Part shown: positions 39,180 to 48,924 of the stretch, one piece after another | Layout: each line of letters starts with the position of its first letter | Numbering within the stretch: the first letter of the stretch is position 1 | From: Octopus vulgaris | Taxonomy: Eukaryota | Assembly: GCA_951406725.2 (NCBI GenBank) | Contig: OX597816.1 | Span: forward strand, 153,202,001 to 153,266,000 | Reading direction: 5' to 3' | DNA: 64,000 nt | Position numbers and translations under genes: made by a program | Notes under the pieces: generated by a model | The model's database searches: none | What the model saw: the letters and a program-made list of their open reading frames with translations, nothing else | Told to the model about the DNA's origin: nothing

Positions 39180-42100
39180 TCATGAAGGCTTTCTAGCAGC
39201 TGCTATTTGGTGCATGAGAGAGTTCGATGCAGCTGCCCTCATCTGCCCCTCCTGCCGTGAAGTTGGTTCATCTGGGACACCTGACAGGAAGAGATCCAGC
39301 TTCATTTTAAAGACATCTGTATCCACCCCACGCAGGTCTCTCAGGTTCTTCGGGAGGATATTGAAGAGCTGTGGGCCTCGGAAGCCCAGGCTATCACAGA
39401 GTCTTGTCCTACATCTTGATGGCAAGTTTGGAGTCCTAGGCACCACGCAGTGGCGCCCAGTTCTGGCATTTGCGTAACTCACGATGCCAAAGTTCAGGAC
39501 ACTTCCCTCCAGGATCTTCCAGATGTATATTATGGCATATCTTTCCCGCCTACGCTCCAGGGAATATAATTTTAATTTCCTGAGTCTTTCCCAGTAGCTT
39601 ACATTCTGCATAGAGGCTATCTTCTTCGTGTAGCTACGTTGGATAGCCTCGAGCTCTGTGATCAACTTGACACTGGATGGTGACCATAACTGAGAGCAGT
39701 AGTCAAAGTGGCTTAGGACAAGTGTCCTCCAGAGGACCATCATGGTTTCTTGTTCTCTTGTTCTAAAGGTTCTGAGGATCCATCCGGCCAGTCGTCTACA
39801 TTTCATTGCCAATTTAGCAACATGTACACGAAAGGTCGCGTCATCACTCATGTAAATACCTAGGTCACGTACTGATTGTGCCTCTGGGATTGCTATTCCT
39901 CCGGGTCCAGTGTATTCATTGGGTATTGCATTTAGTTTTGCATGCTGATAGTATAGAGCTTGACACTTTTCAGCATTGAACTGCATGCTATTCTTTTCGG
40001 CCCACTTGTATATTTTGTCTAGCTCACATTGCAGGTGTTTAGTGTCCTCAGGGTTCTGTATTGCCTGTGAAACTTTTGTATCATCTGCATAACTTGTGAT
40101 CGTGGCTCTCTGCGTGGCTGAGGGCATGTCTGAGAGGGCCATTATGAACAGTAGTGGTCCCAGAACAGTGCCCTGCGGAACACCGCTCACTATTTGCGTG
40201 TTAATGGAAGTGGCCCCATTGGCCACTACCACCTGACTTCTATCTTTCAGAAAGTCATGAAGCCATTCTCCCAGTTTTCCAACTATGTTGAGATCACACA
40301 GTTTGTGACATATCATTCCATGATCGACTTTATCAAAGGCCTTTGCAAAGTCGAGATATATCACTTCCACATTTGAGTGGTTGAGCAGCCGTTTCAGCAC
40401 CCAGTCATAGTGTTGTAGGAGCTGAGTTAAACAGCTTCTCCCTGGTCGGAAACCATGTTGGGTGTCGGGCAGCAAGTCATTTTCTTCAAGGAAGGTGATC
40501 AGCTTCCTTCTGACTATTCGTTCCATGACCTTGCTGATGTGTGAGGTCAGAGAGATAGGTCTATAGTTCTTGGCTTCCGCTCTGCTACCTCCTTTATGAA
40601 TGGGGAATATTTTACCTTCCTTCAGTTTTCTTGGAAGTTTGCCAGCTGCAAGGAAGCTCTGAAAGAGGAACTGCAGTGGTCTTGCTAGGACTCTCTTACA
40701 TGCTTTTAGGAGGATTGCCGGGAATCCATCGGGGCCAGTAGCTGAGTCTGTTTTCATTTCATCTATAGCCTTGATTACATCGTCTTCCTTTATATCGATG
40801 CAATCTATCGTCGCCGCCTCTGATTTTATATCTGCAGTGGTAAAAAAGTCAGTTGGGTTGGTGATTTGGAGATGCCCAAGGGGTGGAGTGAAAACACTCT
40901 TGAATTGCTCATTCAGTATTTCACTTACCCTCATTGGTTTTCCTGTAAGTGTGCCATCCTTTTCGAGGAGTGGCCCTATTCTACAGTGCACCGTAGCTGT
41001 TTCTTTGGCATACCTGTAGAAAGCTCTGGGGTTAGATTTTATGTTGTCTATAGCCCAGGCTTCTTTGTCTGCTCTTTCCTTTTCATGGGAGAGTTTCAGA
41101 CATTTTTCGATTTCCAACAGTTTTATTTTTAGGCGGGACTTTTCACTGCTTTCAATCTGTTTGTTTAGGCGATTTGAAAATTTTGTACGCCGTCTCATTA
41201 GAATTTTCCTCTCTCTGGGGATTTTGTTCTTGTGTACAGTGGCCTTTCTCTCTGGGACATATTTGTAGCATATGGCTTGCATTACAGACATGAATTGTTG
41301 AAGTTTCACGTCGATGTCTGGCGAGGAGAGACATTTAGGCCAGTTTTGTTTGAGGATCTCTTTCTCAATTTGTTTCCAGTTTGCCTTATGGTAGTTCAAG
41401 CTGGAAAGATTCTGGGGGTTTCTTGTAGGCTGTATGTCCGTGCTCTCTTTTGGCCCGTACATGGTCAGCTCTATCATGTTGTGATCCGAGAGTAGTGTCG
41501 GTGTCACTTTCACATTATGGATGAGATCCATGTCATTTGTGAAGCAGAGATCCAGTGTGTTACCTGCCCTGGTTGGTTGGAGTATTACCTGCTCCATGTA
41601 CAGGGTGTTGATGAGGTTCAGGAGGGACCTCGCCTGTCCTCGTTCACATCTTGTCATTCCTGGGAGAGAAAGGCCCTCGGGCCATCTGACATTTGGCAGA
41701 TTGAAGTCTCCCATAAGAAGTACACTTATGTGTTGTTCTAATGTGGTTAGAACTTCTATTTTTATAAGGCAGTCTTCAAACTTGCCCACATGGCTTGGGG
41801 CATCTGGAGGGCGATATGTAGCACACACAACTACATCAAGTTGCCTAATATGTACAATTAGTGTGTCACACACCGAGTTTGAGTATGACAAGAGGACCTG
41901 GGGTGTGAGGTCCTCACGGATGTACATAGCAACACCTCCATGACTCCTTTCTTTCCTGTCGGTCCGTAGTACAGCATACTGTGGTATGTGTAACTCCGCA
42001 TCTGCTATATCCGGTTTCAGGTGCGTTTCCGTTAGTGCTATGCATAAGGCTTGATTGCATGCAACAAAATCTCTCAGGAACGGGATTTTTGTCCTGTTAC

Positions 42101-42284
42101 TGAGTGTTTGCAGTCCTCTGATGTTCAGTAGGAGCATCGAGGTGAGGTGTACGTTGTTGCCGGTGGTGTCCATCCTGGGTCTGTTTGCTGTGGTGGTGGT
42201 CTGGTATATAGTGGGTAGTCCCACCTGCGGGCTTGGGTTTGATGAAGCCAGGTCAGCTGCTGTACAATCTTTTGTGCCATGCAC
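39180..42284 (-). CDS. LINE ORF2: AP endonuclease + reverse transcriptase (first ATG at 42173; the track start at 42284 is GTG)
   Basis: APE motifs LLNIRGL, ALTETHL, GDFNLP, LDLCFTN, SDHNMI. RT motifs YRPISLTS, QHGFRPGRSC, YLDFAKAFDKV, GVPQGTVLGPLLF, YADDT. 1034 codons with no stop. Confidence 0.96.
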   Translation of the reverse strand: MHGTKDCTAADLASSNPSPQVGLPTIYQTTTTANRPRMDTTGNNVHLTSMLLLNIRGLQTLSNRTKIPFLRDFVACNQALCIALTETHLKPDIADAELHIPQYAVLRTDRKERSHGGVAMYIREDLTPQVLLSYSNSVCDTLIVHIRQLDVVVCATYRPPDAPSHVGKFEDCLIKIEVLTTLEQHISVLLMGDFNLPNVRWPEGLSLPGMTRCERGQARSLLNLINTLYMEQVILQPTRAGNTLDLCFTNDMDLIHNVKVTPTLLSDHNMIELTMYGPKESTDIQPTRNPQNLSSLNYHKANWKQIEKEILKQNWPKCLSSPDIDVKLQQFMSVMQAICYKYVPERKATVHKNKIPRERKILMRRRTKFSNRLNKQIESSEKSRLKIKLLEIEKCLKLSHEKERADKEAWAIDNIKSNPRAFYRYAKETATVHCRIGPLLEKDGTLTGKPMRVSEILNEQFKSVFTPPLGHLQITNPTDFFTTADIKSEAATIDCIDIKEDDVIKAIDEMKTDSATGPDGFPAILLKACKRVLARPLQFLFQSFLAAGKLPRKLKEGKIFPIHKGGSRAEAKNYRPISLTSHISKVMERIVRRKLITFLEENDLLPDTQHGFRPGRSCLTQLLQHYDWVLKRLLNHSNVEVIYLDFAKAFDKVDHGMICHKLCDLNIVGKLGEWLHDFLKDRSQVVVANGATSINTQIVSGVPQGTVLGPLLFIMALSDMPSATQRATITSYADDTKVSQAIQNPEDTKHLQCELDKIYKWAEKNSMQFNAEKCQALYYQHAKLNAIPNEYTGPGGIAIPEAQSVRDLGIYMSDDATFRVHVAKLAMKCRRLAGWILRTFRTREQETMMVLWRTLVLSHFDYCSQLWSPSSVKLITELEAIQRSYTKKIASMQNVSYWERLRKLKLYSLERRRERYAIIYIWKILEGSVLNFGIVSYANARTGRHCVVPRTPNLPSRCRTRLCDSLGFRGPQLFNILPKNLRDLRGVDTDVFKMKLDLFLSGVPDEPTSRQEGQMRAAASNSLMHQIAAARKPS

Positions 42285-43033
42285 AAAAAAGATTGTTGCT
42301 CAGCAGCTGCCCTTTCGACAACATCATGTTGGTGGTTTGTGGCACGCACAACATCTGCGTACCTCCGCTTTGGGGCAAGTGGTGCGTGGTCCATCCCTTT
42401 TCCTTGTGTTGATGGTTTGTCCATCTGCCTCGTGTCTCTGTGGCAGGGTCCCCGATGTGCAAAGCGGCAGCCTGCACCTTCCTTTCCATGCCAGCAGGAA
42501 CCTCTCAGGTAGAACCTACACACCTGTGTGCGCTGTCCGTTTCCATCTTTTGCGGTTCCACTTCTATTCCTGGTTTTTTCACCCTTTGGTCCTGCTTGAG
42601 CTTTTCCTTTAGCTCTACCAGCCCTTCTTTTAGTTCTTCCTCCCTCCTCTACCTCTTCACCGGGTTCTCCGTCTCCATGGCCTTTGCTGCCGGTTGGAGA
42701 ACTTGCACCTGGGTTCACTTCCTGGGCAGGTTTCTCATTCAAAACCTCCTCCCGGGCATCCACCAGGTGGGGGTGACTTCTTTCATCGTCTCCATTCTTG
42801 TCATCTTTGCCTCGCTCGTTCTCAAAGATGGCATCAAGTGCGCCAATGTGCGACCGTACAAGCGCATATGAGCGCACGAATTCCCGTCTCTTTCGCTCCA
42901 TCTGAGCCGCTGTCCTCTTGTAGCCTCTGTTCTTCAGCGCAGCCGCAATCACCTCGCTAGGGCTATCTCCGCCGGCGCACTCCCATGCTTGTACGAATAA
43001 ATCCAGCTCGTCAGGTCTCCATGCTCTGGACAT
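42125..43033 (-). CDS. LINE ORF1 (302 aa): N-terminal Myb/SANT trihelix-like segment, acidic/basic linker, CCCH zinc finger
   Basis: ATG-started ORF upstream of and overlapping ORF2. WRPDELDLFVQAW..IAAALKNRGYKRTAAQMERK; CRFYLRGSCWHGKEGAGCRFAH (C-x7-C-x8-C-x3-H). Confidence 0.8.
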   Translation of the reverse strand: MSRAWRPDELDLFVQAWECAGGDSPSEVIAAALKNRGYKRTAAQMERKRREFVRSYALVRSHIGALDAIFENERGKDDKNGDDERSHPHLVDAREEVLNEKPAQEVNPGASSPTGSKGHGDGEPGEEVEEGGRTKRRAGRAKGKAQAGPKGEKTRNRSGTAKDGNGQRTQVCRFYLRGSCWHGKEGAGCRFAHRGPCHRDTRQMDKPSTQGKGMDHAPLAPKRRYADVVRATNHQHDVVERAAAEQQSFLCMAQKIVQQLTWLHQTQARRWDYPLYTRPPPQQTDPGWTPPATTYTSPRCSY

Positions 43034-43092
43034 GCTGGATGATCTGTCTATTTGTTTATCTATTTAACTATGTTCGAGAGAAGACAAGAAGA

Positions 43093-43498
43093 TATTTAAT
43101 CTTAAGGCTAATTATGGGATAGAGTATTATTAATATTAACAATATTAAAGTTTGTGGGTAAAAACGTTATTTAATCTTAGGCTAATTAGGAGATAGAGTA
43201 TCTGAAAATATGTTAACAATATTAAAATTATATTAAAGTGTGGGTAATAATCGTTATTTAATCTTGGGGCTAATTAGAAGGTAGAGTATTCAAAAATATA
43301 TTAAAGTGTGGGTGAAAAAGTTAAAGTGTGGGTAAAAACGTTATTTAATCTTAAGGCTAATTAGAGGATAGAGTATCTGAAAATATGTTAACAATATTAC
43401 AATTATATTAAAGTGTGGGTAATAATCGTTATTTAATCTTGAGGCTAATTAGAAGGTAGAGCATCCAAAAATATATTAAAGTGTGGGTGAAAAAGTTA
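43093..43498. repeat. Five 75-88-bp tandem monomers in the LINE 5'UTR
   Basis: TATTTAATCTT..GGCTAATTA recurs at 43093, 43168, 43255, 43342 and 43430; each unit also carries TTAAAG(T)GTGGGT. Confidence 0.9.
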
Positions 43499-43878
43499 AA
43501 ATTTTTACTGTGTTTGGCTTCAGGCAAAATATATTACGTTTTTGATTAATATATTTGTAGCCGAAGTGTTGTAGTGGGCTTTATGAGTTGAATTTGTGAC
43601 TTTCAGTAGATTATTTCACCGATTTATGCACACTTTCTGCTTTTTAAACAGAGCAAAGACGATACACGACTCTCCCTGTCGGATGCGAAAATACGTATAT
43701 ATATATACATCAACGTACATAAATACATATATACAATCATAAATTAAAGTCTTAAGCAGTTAAAATATCAGAAAGTATGACACAGACAGAACAAAGTACA
43801 AGAAACACGTGTTAGTTTAACACTTGAAAAGAGTATTGAAATAAGAATAGTATGGAGAGTCCGTCTTCACAAAGAGAA

Positions 43879-43923
<45 letters not shown>

Positions 43924-44029
43924 AGGGGGTTAGATTGAGTGGGGCAGAGTTAAAAAACGATAAAAACAAAAGAGAGCTTCTAAAGATTTTAGAAATTATT
44001 TAATCATATATGTATATATATATATAAAT

Positions 44030-44170
44030 GATGGGCTTCTTTCGCTTTCTGTCTACCAAATCCACTCACAAGGCTTTGGTCGGCCCGAAGCTACAGTTGA
44101 AGACACGCAGTGGGACTAAACTCGGAACCATGCGGTTGGGAAGCAAACTTCCTACCACACAACCACACCG
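44030..44170 (-). mobile_element. SINE head (family of 28061-28340)
   Basis: GGGCTTCTTTCGCTTTCTGTCTACCAAATCCACTCACAAGGCTTTGG...GGAACCATGCGGTTGGGAAGCAAACTTCCTACCACAC. Confidence 0.8.
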
Positions 44171-44472
44171 ACATAAGTAGAATAACTTCAAACTATGCAA
44201 TAGAAGCAGGTCAATAGTGTAGATATTACCAGCACTACATACTTAAGTACGTGTGTTCTTTCAACGTCAGAAGCTGTAGTTTTCCGTCCGTGAAAAATCC
44301 CATTAAAAACGTACAGTATAGTGTTAAAAAAATACAAAAGGCTTAAGAGCTAAGCTATAATATGTAGTTTATAGAGCTGCTTCTATCATATAATCTGAAT
44401 TTGTTCTACTGATGCAATGCCATTTCAAATCAGCAAATACTTTATACGCTATCTGTATATACGTCCGACCGC

Positions 44473-44833
44473 GGAGGCGCAATAGCCCAGTGGTTAGGGC
44501 AGCGGACTCGCGGTTTCAATTTCCAGACCGGGCGTTGTGAGTGTTTATCGAGTGAAAACACTTAAAGCTCCACGTGACTCCGGCAGGGTGTGGTGGGTAA
44601 CCCTGCTATATTCTTCCACCATAACTTTCTCTCACTCTTTGTTTCTATTGTACCTGTATTTTAAAGGGCCAGCCGCGTCGCACTCTGTATCACGCTGAAT
44701 CTCCCCGAGAACTACGTTAAGAGGACATGGAGTGCTGTGGAGTGCTCAGTCACTTGTACGTTAATTTCACGAGCAGGCTGTTCCGATGATCACATCAACT
44801 GGAACCATCGTCGTTGAAACCGACGGAGTGCCA
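44473..44833 (+). mobile_element. tRNA-derived SINE, third family, tail type A
   Basis: A-box-like TAGCCCAGTGG. Head and body are shared with 45298-45599, but the 3' ~190 nt differ. Confidence 0.85.
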
Positions 44834-44999
44834 CGATACTTCCGATTATCGATTTCGATTTCGTTTTCCCCTAGATGTCTTTTTCTTTTAACATCATACA
44901 TCATTTTAACAATGTACGTCTTCTCGTACAAAACAACACATGCAGATTAGGTACGTAATACTGACGATGTTTACATTATAAAACCAGCCCTATTGCATA

Positions 45000-45174
45000 T
45001 GCCTGTGTGTGCGTCTGTGTACGCGTGTGTCTGTGTGTGTGTGTGTATGTGCTGTGCGTCTGTGTACGCGTGTATCAGTGTGTGTGTGTGCTGTGTGTGT
45101 ATGCGTGCTGTGTGTGTCTGAGTGTGCATGTGGGTGTATATACATACACACACACACACACATATATATATATG

Positions 45175-45249
<75 letters not shown>

Positions 45250-45252
45250 ATA

Positions 45253-45297
<45 letters not shown>
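45000..45297. repeat. Compound (TG)/(CA)/(TA) microsatellite
   Basis: Directly visible. Confidence 0.9.
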
Positions 45298-45302
<5 letters not shown>

Positions 45303-45599
45303 CGTGACCGACTAGGCTATCAGATGTTGCTACAAATCGCTGGTCACAATGCGCTTGGCATTGTTTTAGCCTTCAAATGACGCCACCCCGCTGGCTAAGC
45401 GAGCAGGCCAACAGAAGAAAGAGTGAGAGAAAGTTGAGGCGAAAGAGTACAGCAGGGATCGCCACCACCCCGTGCCGCAGCCTCGTGGAGCTTTATGTGT
45501 TTTCGCTCAATAAACACTCACAACGCCCGATCTGGGAGTCGAAACCGCGATCCTACGACCGCGAATCCGCTGCCCTAACCACTGGGTCATTGCGTCCCC
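45298..45599 (-). mobile_element. tRNA-derived SINE, third family, RTE-like tail
   Basis: A-box-like TGACCCAGTGG and B-box-like GGTTTCGACTCC; ends TGTGACCAGCG...CTGATAGCCTAGTCGGTCACGGTGAT. Confidence 0.88.
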
Positions 45600-45631
45600 A
45601 CACACACACACACACACACGCACACACACAT

Positions 45632-45672
<41 letters not shown>

Positions 45673-46000
45673 CACGTCTGAAACATCTGTAGTGAGTGAA
45701 CTACTATCCATCTGTTGTTATTTGCTTCTTATACACCTTATTCGGAAGCTTCAATTATCGTTGATTTTCAGTGTGTTAAGTGCTGTACAATTGGTGCAGT
45801 GTTTGTACCTGTGTACAGTCTTGATACTCGTGATATATTCGGTCGGACGCTTGTGCTCGTACATGCAACTGGAATGTAAACCCATCTTTACTTCGTTAAA
45901 TAGGTATATGTTTCTTTAATGTTTTTTTGTACATGTTAGCCATCTCATTGACCCAACCTTAGTGCTTTTCTATTTAAGGACCTGATTCGCTTGAATCCTG

Positions 46001-46098
<98 letters not shown>

Positions 46099-46469
46099 CA
46101 TATATATACCGTTCTCGTTCTGTTAGCGTTTTGGCGTTTCAGTCGAGTGTATTGGCATTGATGTGGAAACATCTGAAATGTTGTCGGGTATATGTTGGCT
46201 GATGAAGATAAATCAAGTATATGTGTGCAGACATATCTTGAAAAATCTGAAACCGGTCCCACATTATCCCTTTCTAGGTATTTCATCTTTCAGATGTTCT
46301 CCCTGGAGGTAAGACAATTTTTTTCTAGTTTGTTGCACACACGCATTTTTGCTAGTACATAGGCGGTGAAGCTATACATTAGCGTCGTATTATTACGTTC
46401 GCTATTTTCCAGTAAATATCGGTACTTCGTTGTGCCATATATTTACTTATATATATATATATATATATT

Positions 46470-47100
46470 ATATTAAATTAGAGATAAAACCACTATTAGG
46501 CAAATCAAACAAAGAAAAACATAAGCCAATACATAAAATTGATTAATTTATATTATTTTAAATATATATCAAAAGTATTAAAAGTTTAATAAAAGCTAAA
46601 GAGTAAAACACTACGATCGTTTCATGGCTGTACAATTCGTAATAATTCGAGTTATGGTTACAGTCAATCTTCAGGTTAATTGAAATATCTAAAATATAAT
46701 CAGAAATATTTAAACAATATTTTTAAGATATAAATAATATAATAATTTTACTTATAATAAACTCTATTATCAAACTAGAAACATAAAACTTAACAATTAT
46801 GATTATATCAAAATCGACTATAATGTTAAATATTAATTTTAATTTATAAGGTAGGAAACCCACCAATAATCTAATATCGGTATTAGTCTATATCTAATTA
46901 CATAAATATTTAAAAATGACTAATATATATAAATTATCAATGAAAATATATATATGTATATAAATATTATAATTAAGATCTAAAATAATCTCTATAAATA
47001 AATATATATGCACATATAATAAAAACCTAATAGATTAATTTTTCATATTTAAAGATGAAATAGCTAATTTCAAAATACAAATAAACAAACTTAAACGAAC
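46470..47100 (-). repeat. AT-rich repeat carrying a degenerate hammerhead-like motif (possible Penelope pLTR)
   Basis: Minus strand 46677-46607 reads AAC-CTGAAGA-TTGACTGTA...TACAGCCAT-GAAACGATCGTA-GT; the repeat is embedded in (TA)n. Confidence 0.45.
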
Positions 47101-47129
47101 TTTCGGAAATATATATATATATACATATT

Positions 47130-47470
47130 CTTTACTAGTTTCAGCTTGAGAGCTGCTATTATATCGATTTCTTTTGCCGAACCGCAATGATATGGGGGCA
47201 TAAACTAATGCTGTAAATGGAAATAATGTAAACTAATGCCAGTTGTTAAGTGAGGAGAGCGACACACAGACATACACGCATACGTCCACACACAGTTACG
47301 TATATACAGACATGTGACGGGATTCCACATCTTCCGTCGTCCAAATTCTGCCACAAGCCATTGGGCGACTTGGGCTTATAGTAGAATACTCTTACTCCCA
47401 GTGTCATGCAGTGAAACTAAATCCAAAGCCAAATGGTTGCCCGGCGGGCTTCTTAATCACGCAGGGCCAT
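47130..47470 (-). mobile_element. Degenerate SINE copy (family of 28061-28340); another partial copy at 47570-47720
   Basis: Minus-strand tail GCAGCTCTCAAGCTGAAACTAGTAAA, body CTTTTGCCGAACCGC, head near 47400-47470. Confidence 0.65.
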
Positions 47471-47489
47471 GCTACCCCCTGCACACACA

Positions 47490-47541
<52 letters not shown>

Positions 47542-47736
47542 CGTAAATACACATACTTTTATTTACACATATCTTTTCTTTTAAGACTCGTACTTTCTCT
47601 ATCTTACTCTGTTTTACTGAACCGCTGATTTACGAAGACGTAAACACTCCAACACCGGTTGTCAAACAGTGATGATGGTGGGAGACAAACACACACACAC
47701 ACACACATTGATATATACATATATGTATATATATAG

Positions 47737-48030
47737 CACAGGAGCTAGCTTAAAAGCCGCCCTGTCGGGCAGCTTTTAGGCTAGCTCCTGTGGAGTCCTC
47801 TTCAGTGGGCATTAGGCCCAAGAAGGACATTTCATGCATTGAGTACATATTAATTTTATTAAACTTGACCAATATTTTTCAAGCAATGAAAAGCCGCCTT
47901 ATCGGGCGGCTTTTAAGTTAGCTCCTGTGGTGGGATCTTCATTTGGCCTTGGGCCTAACAATGACACTTCATGCGTTGAATACATATTAAACTTTATAAA
48001 ACTTGACCAATATTTCTGAGGCAATGAACA
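47737..48030. repeat. ~56-nt hairpin plus ~135-bp tandem duplication
   Basis: CACAGGAGCTAGCTTAAAAGCCGCC..GGCAGCTTTTAGGCTAGCTCCTGTG at 47737-47792; 47752-47888 is repeated at 47889-48026. Confidence 0.85.
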
Positions 48031-48609
48031 ATTTTCATCAAAACAATGATATAATTTGTCCACTTGGAACTTATTGCAAAGCTGCATGTTAAACAACATT
48101 TTTTGTCTTCACATTCAGGGGTCATTACAATTTCTTTGTTCTGTCTAACATCTTTCTTTCTCTCTCTCTCCCTCTCTCTCTCTTTCTGTAGATTGTTTAC
48201 AACCATCACCATCATCAATACCTCCACCATTGCCACCACCACTGCCATACACAAACTATTCAGACTTTTGACGCCACAACCATCAATATCTTTGACTTCG
48301 ACACTTTCTACTCCAACACCATCACCACTCTCTTTCACATCACTTGCTATCACCATTGTCCCTGACTGCTTCACCTACCACTACCACCACCATCATCACC
48401 ATCGCCTCCGCCTCTATCACAACTACAACTCATACTATTACTATCATCTCATTACCATTACAACCGTCAATCTATTACTGTCTCTATGCCTACTATTACT
48501 CTCACCCCAAAATGAGTAATAGTAGTAGTATCAATGAGTGAGTGAGAAAGGGAGTAGAAGTGTGACACACTGACACACAGAAATTAGTTTTCGCATTTAC
48601 TATATTATG

Positions 48610-48676
<67 letters not shown>

Positions 48677-48699
48677 GTGTGTGTGTGTGTGTGTGTATC

Positions 48700-48870
48700 G
48701 CTAGCCACTACACATTCTTTATTTTCTCTCCCTGTTTCATTCTGTGTTCCTTTCTGTGGAAGAGCGTGGGCTCGAAACGTTAAAGACTTTTTCCTTTCCC
48801 GAGCGTTAAGCTAATAGTTATGTTTGTTGTCTACACCACCTGTCTGCGTCTTTTGTTTTTTGTGAATTCT
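48700..48870 (+). repeat. Short repeat between microsatellites carrying a hammerhead-like motif (48750-48785)
   Basis: CTTT-CTGTGGA-A-GAGC(GTGG)GCTC-GAAACGTT-AAAG; the core has U at conserved A6. Confidence 0.5.
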
Positions 48871-48879
48871 ATATCTATA

Positions 48880-48920
<41 letters not shown>

Positions 48921-48924
<4 letters not shown>

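Larger units (their letters stand above)
39087..43694 (-). mobile_element. Full-length, apparently intact CR1-group LINE
   Basis: 5'UTR with tandem repeats, ORF1, uninterrupted ORF2, a ~70-nt 3'UTR and an (AAAATC)n tail at 39087-39111. Possible TSD GTATATATATATA at 39072 and 43695 (weak, microsatellite). Confidence 0.93.

Noticed and set aside
42055-42960. Plus-strand ORFs antisense to LINE ORF1
   Set aside because: Shadow ORFs in GC-richer coding sequence, with no recognisable motifs.
44473-44535. tRNA gene
   Set aside because: This is a SINE head: partial deletion, no complete cloverleaf, continues into the SINE body.
45720-46440. Possible Penelope coding remnants around a microsatellite
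   Set aside because: Only weak similarity; no diagnostic motif could be recovered.
47752-47778. Rho-independent terminator-like hairpin with a T-run (also at 47889-47914)
   Set aside because: Eukaryotic repeat context with no bacterial-type gene upstream.
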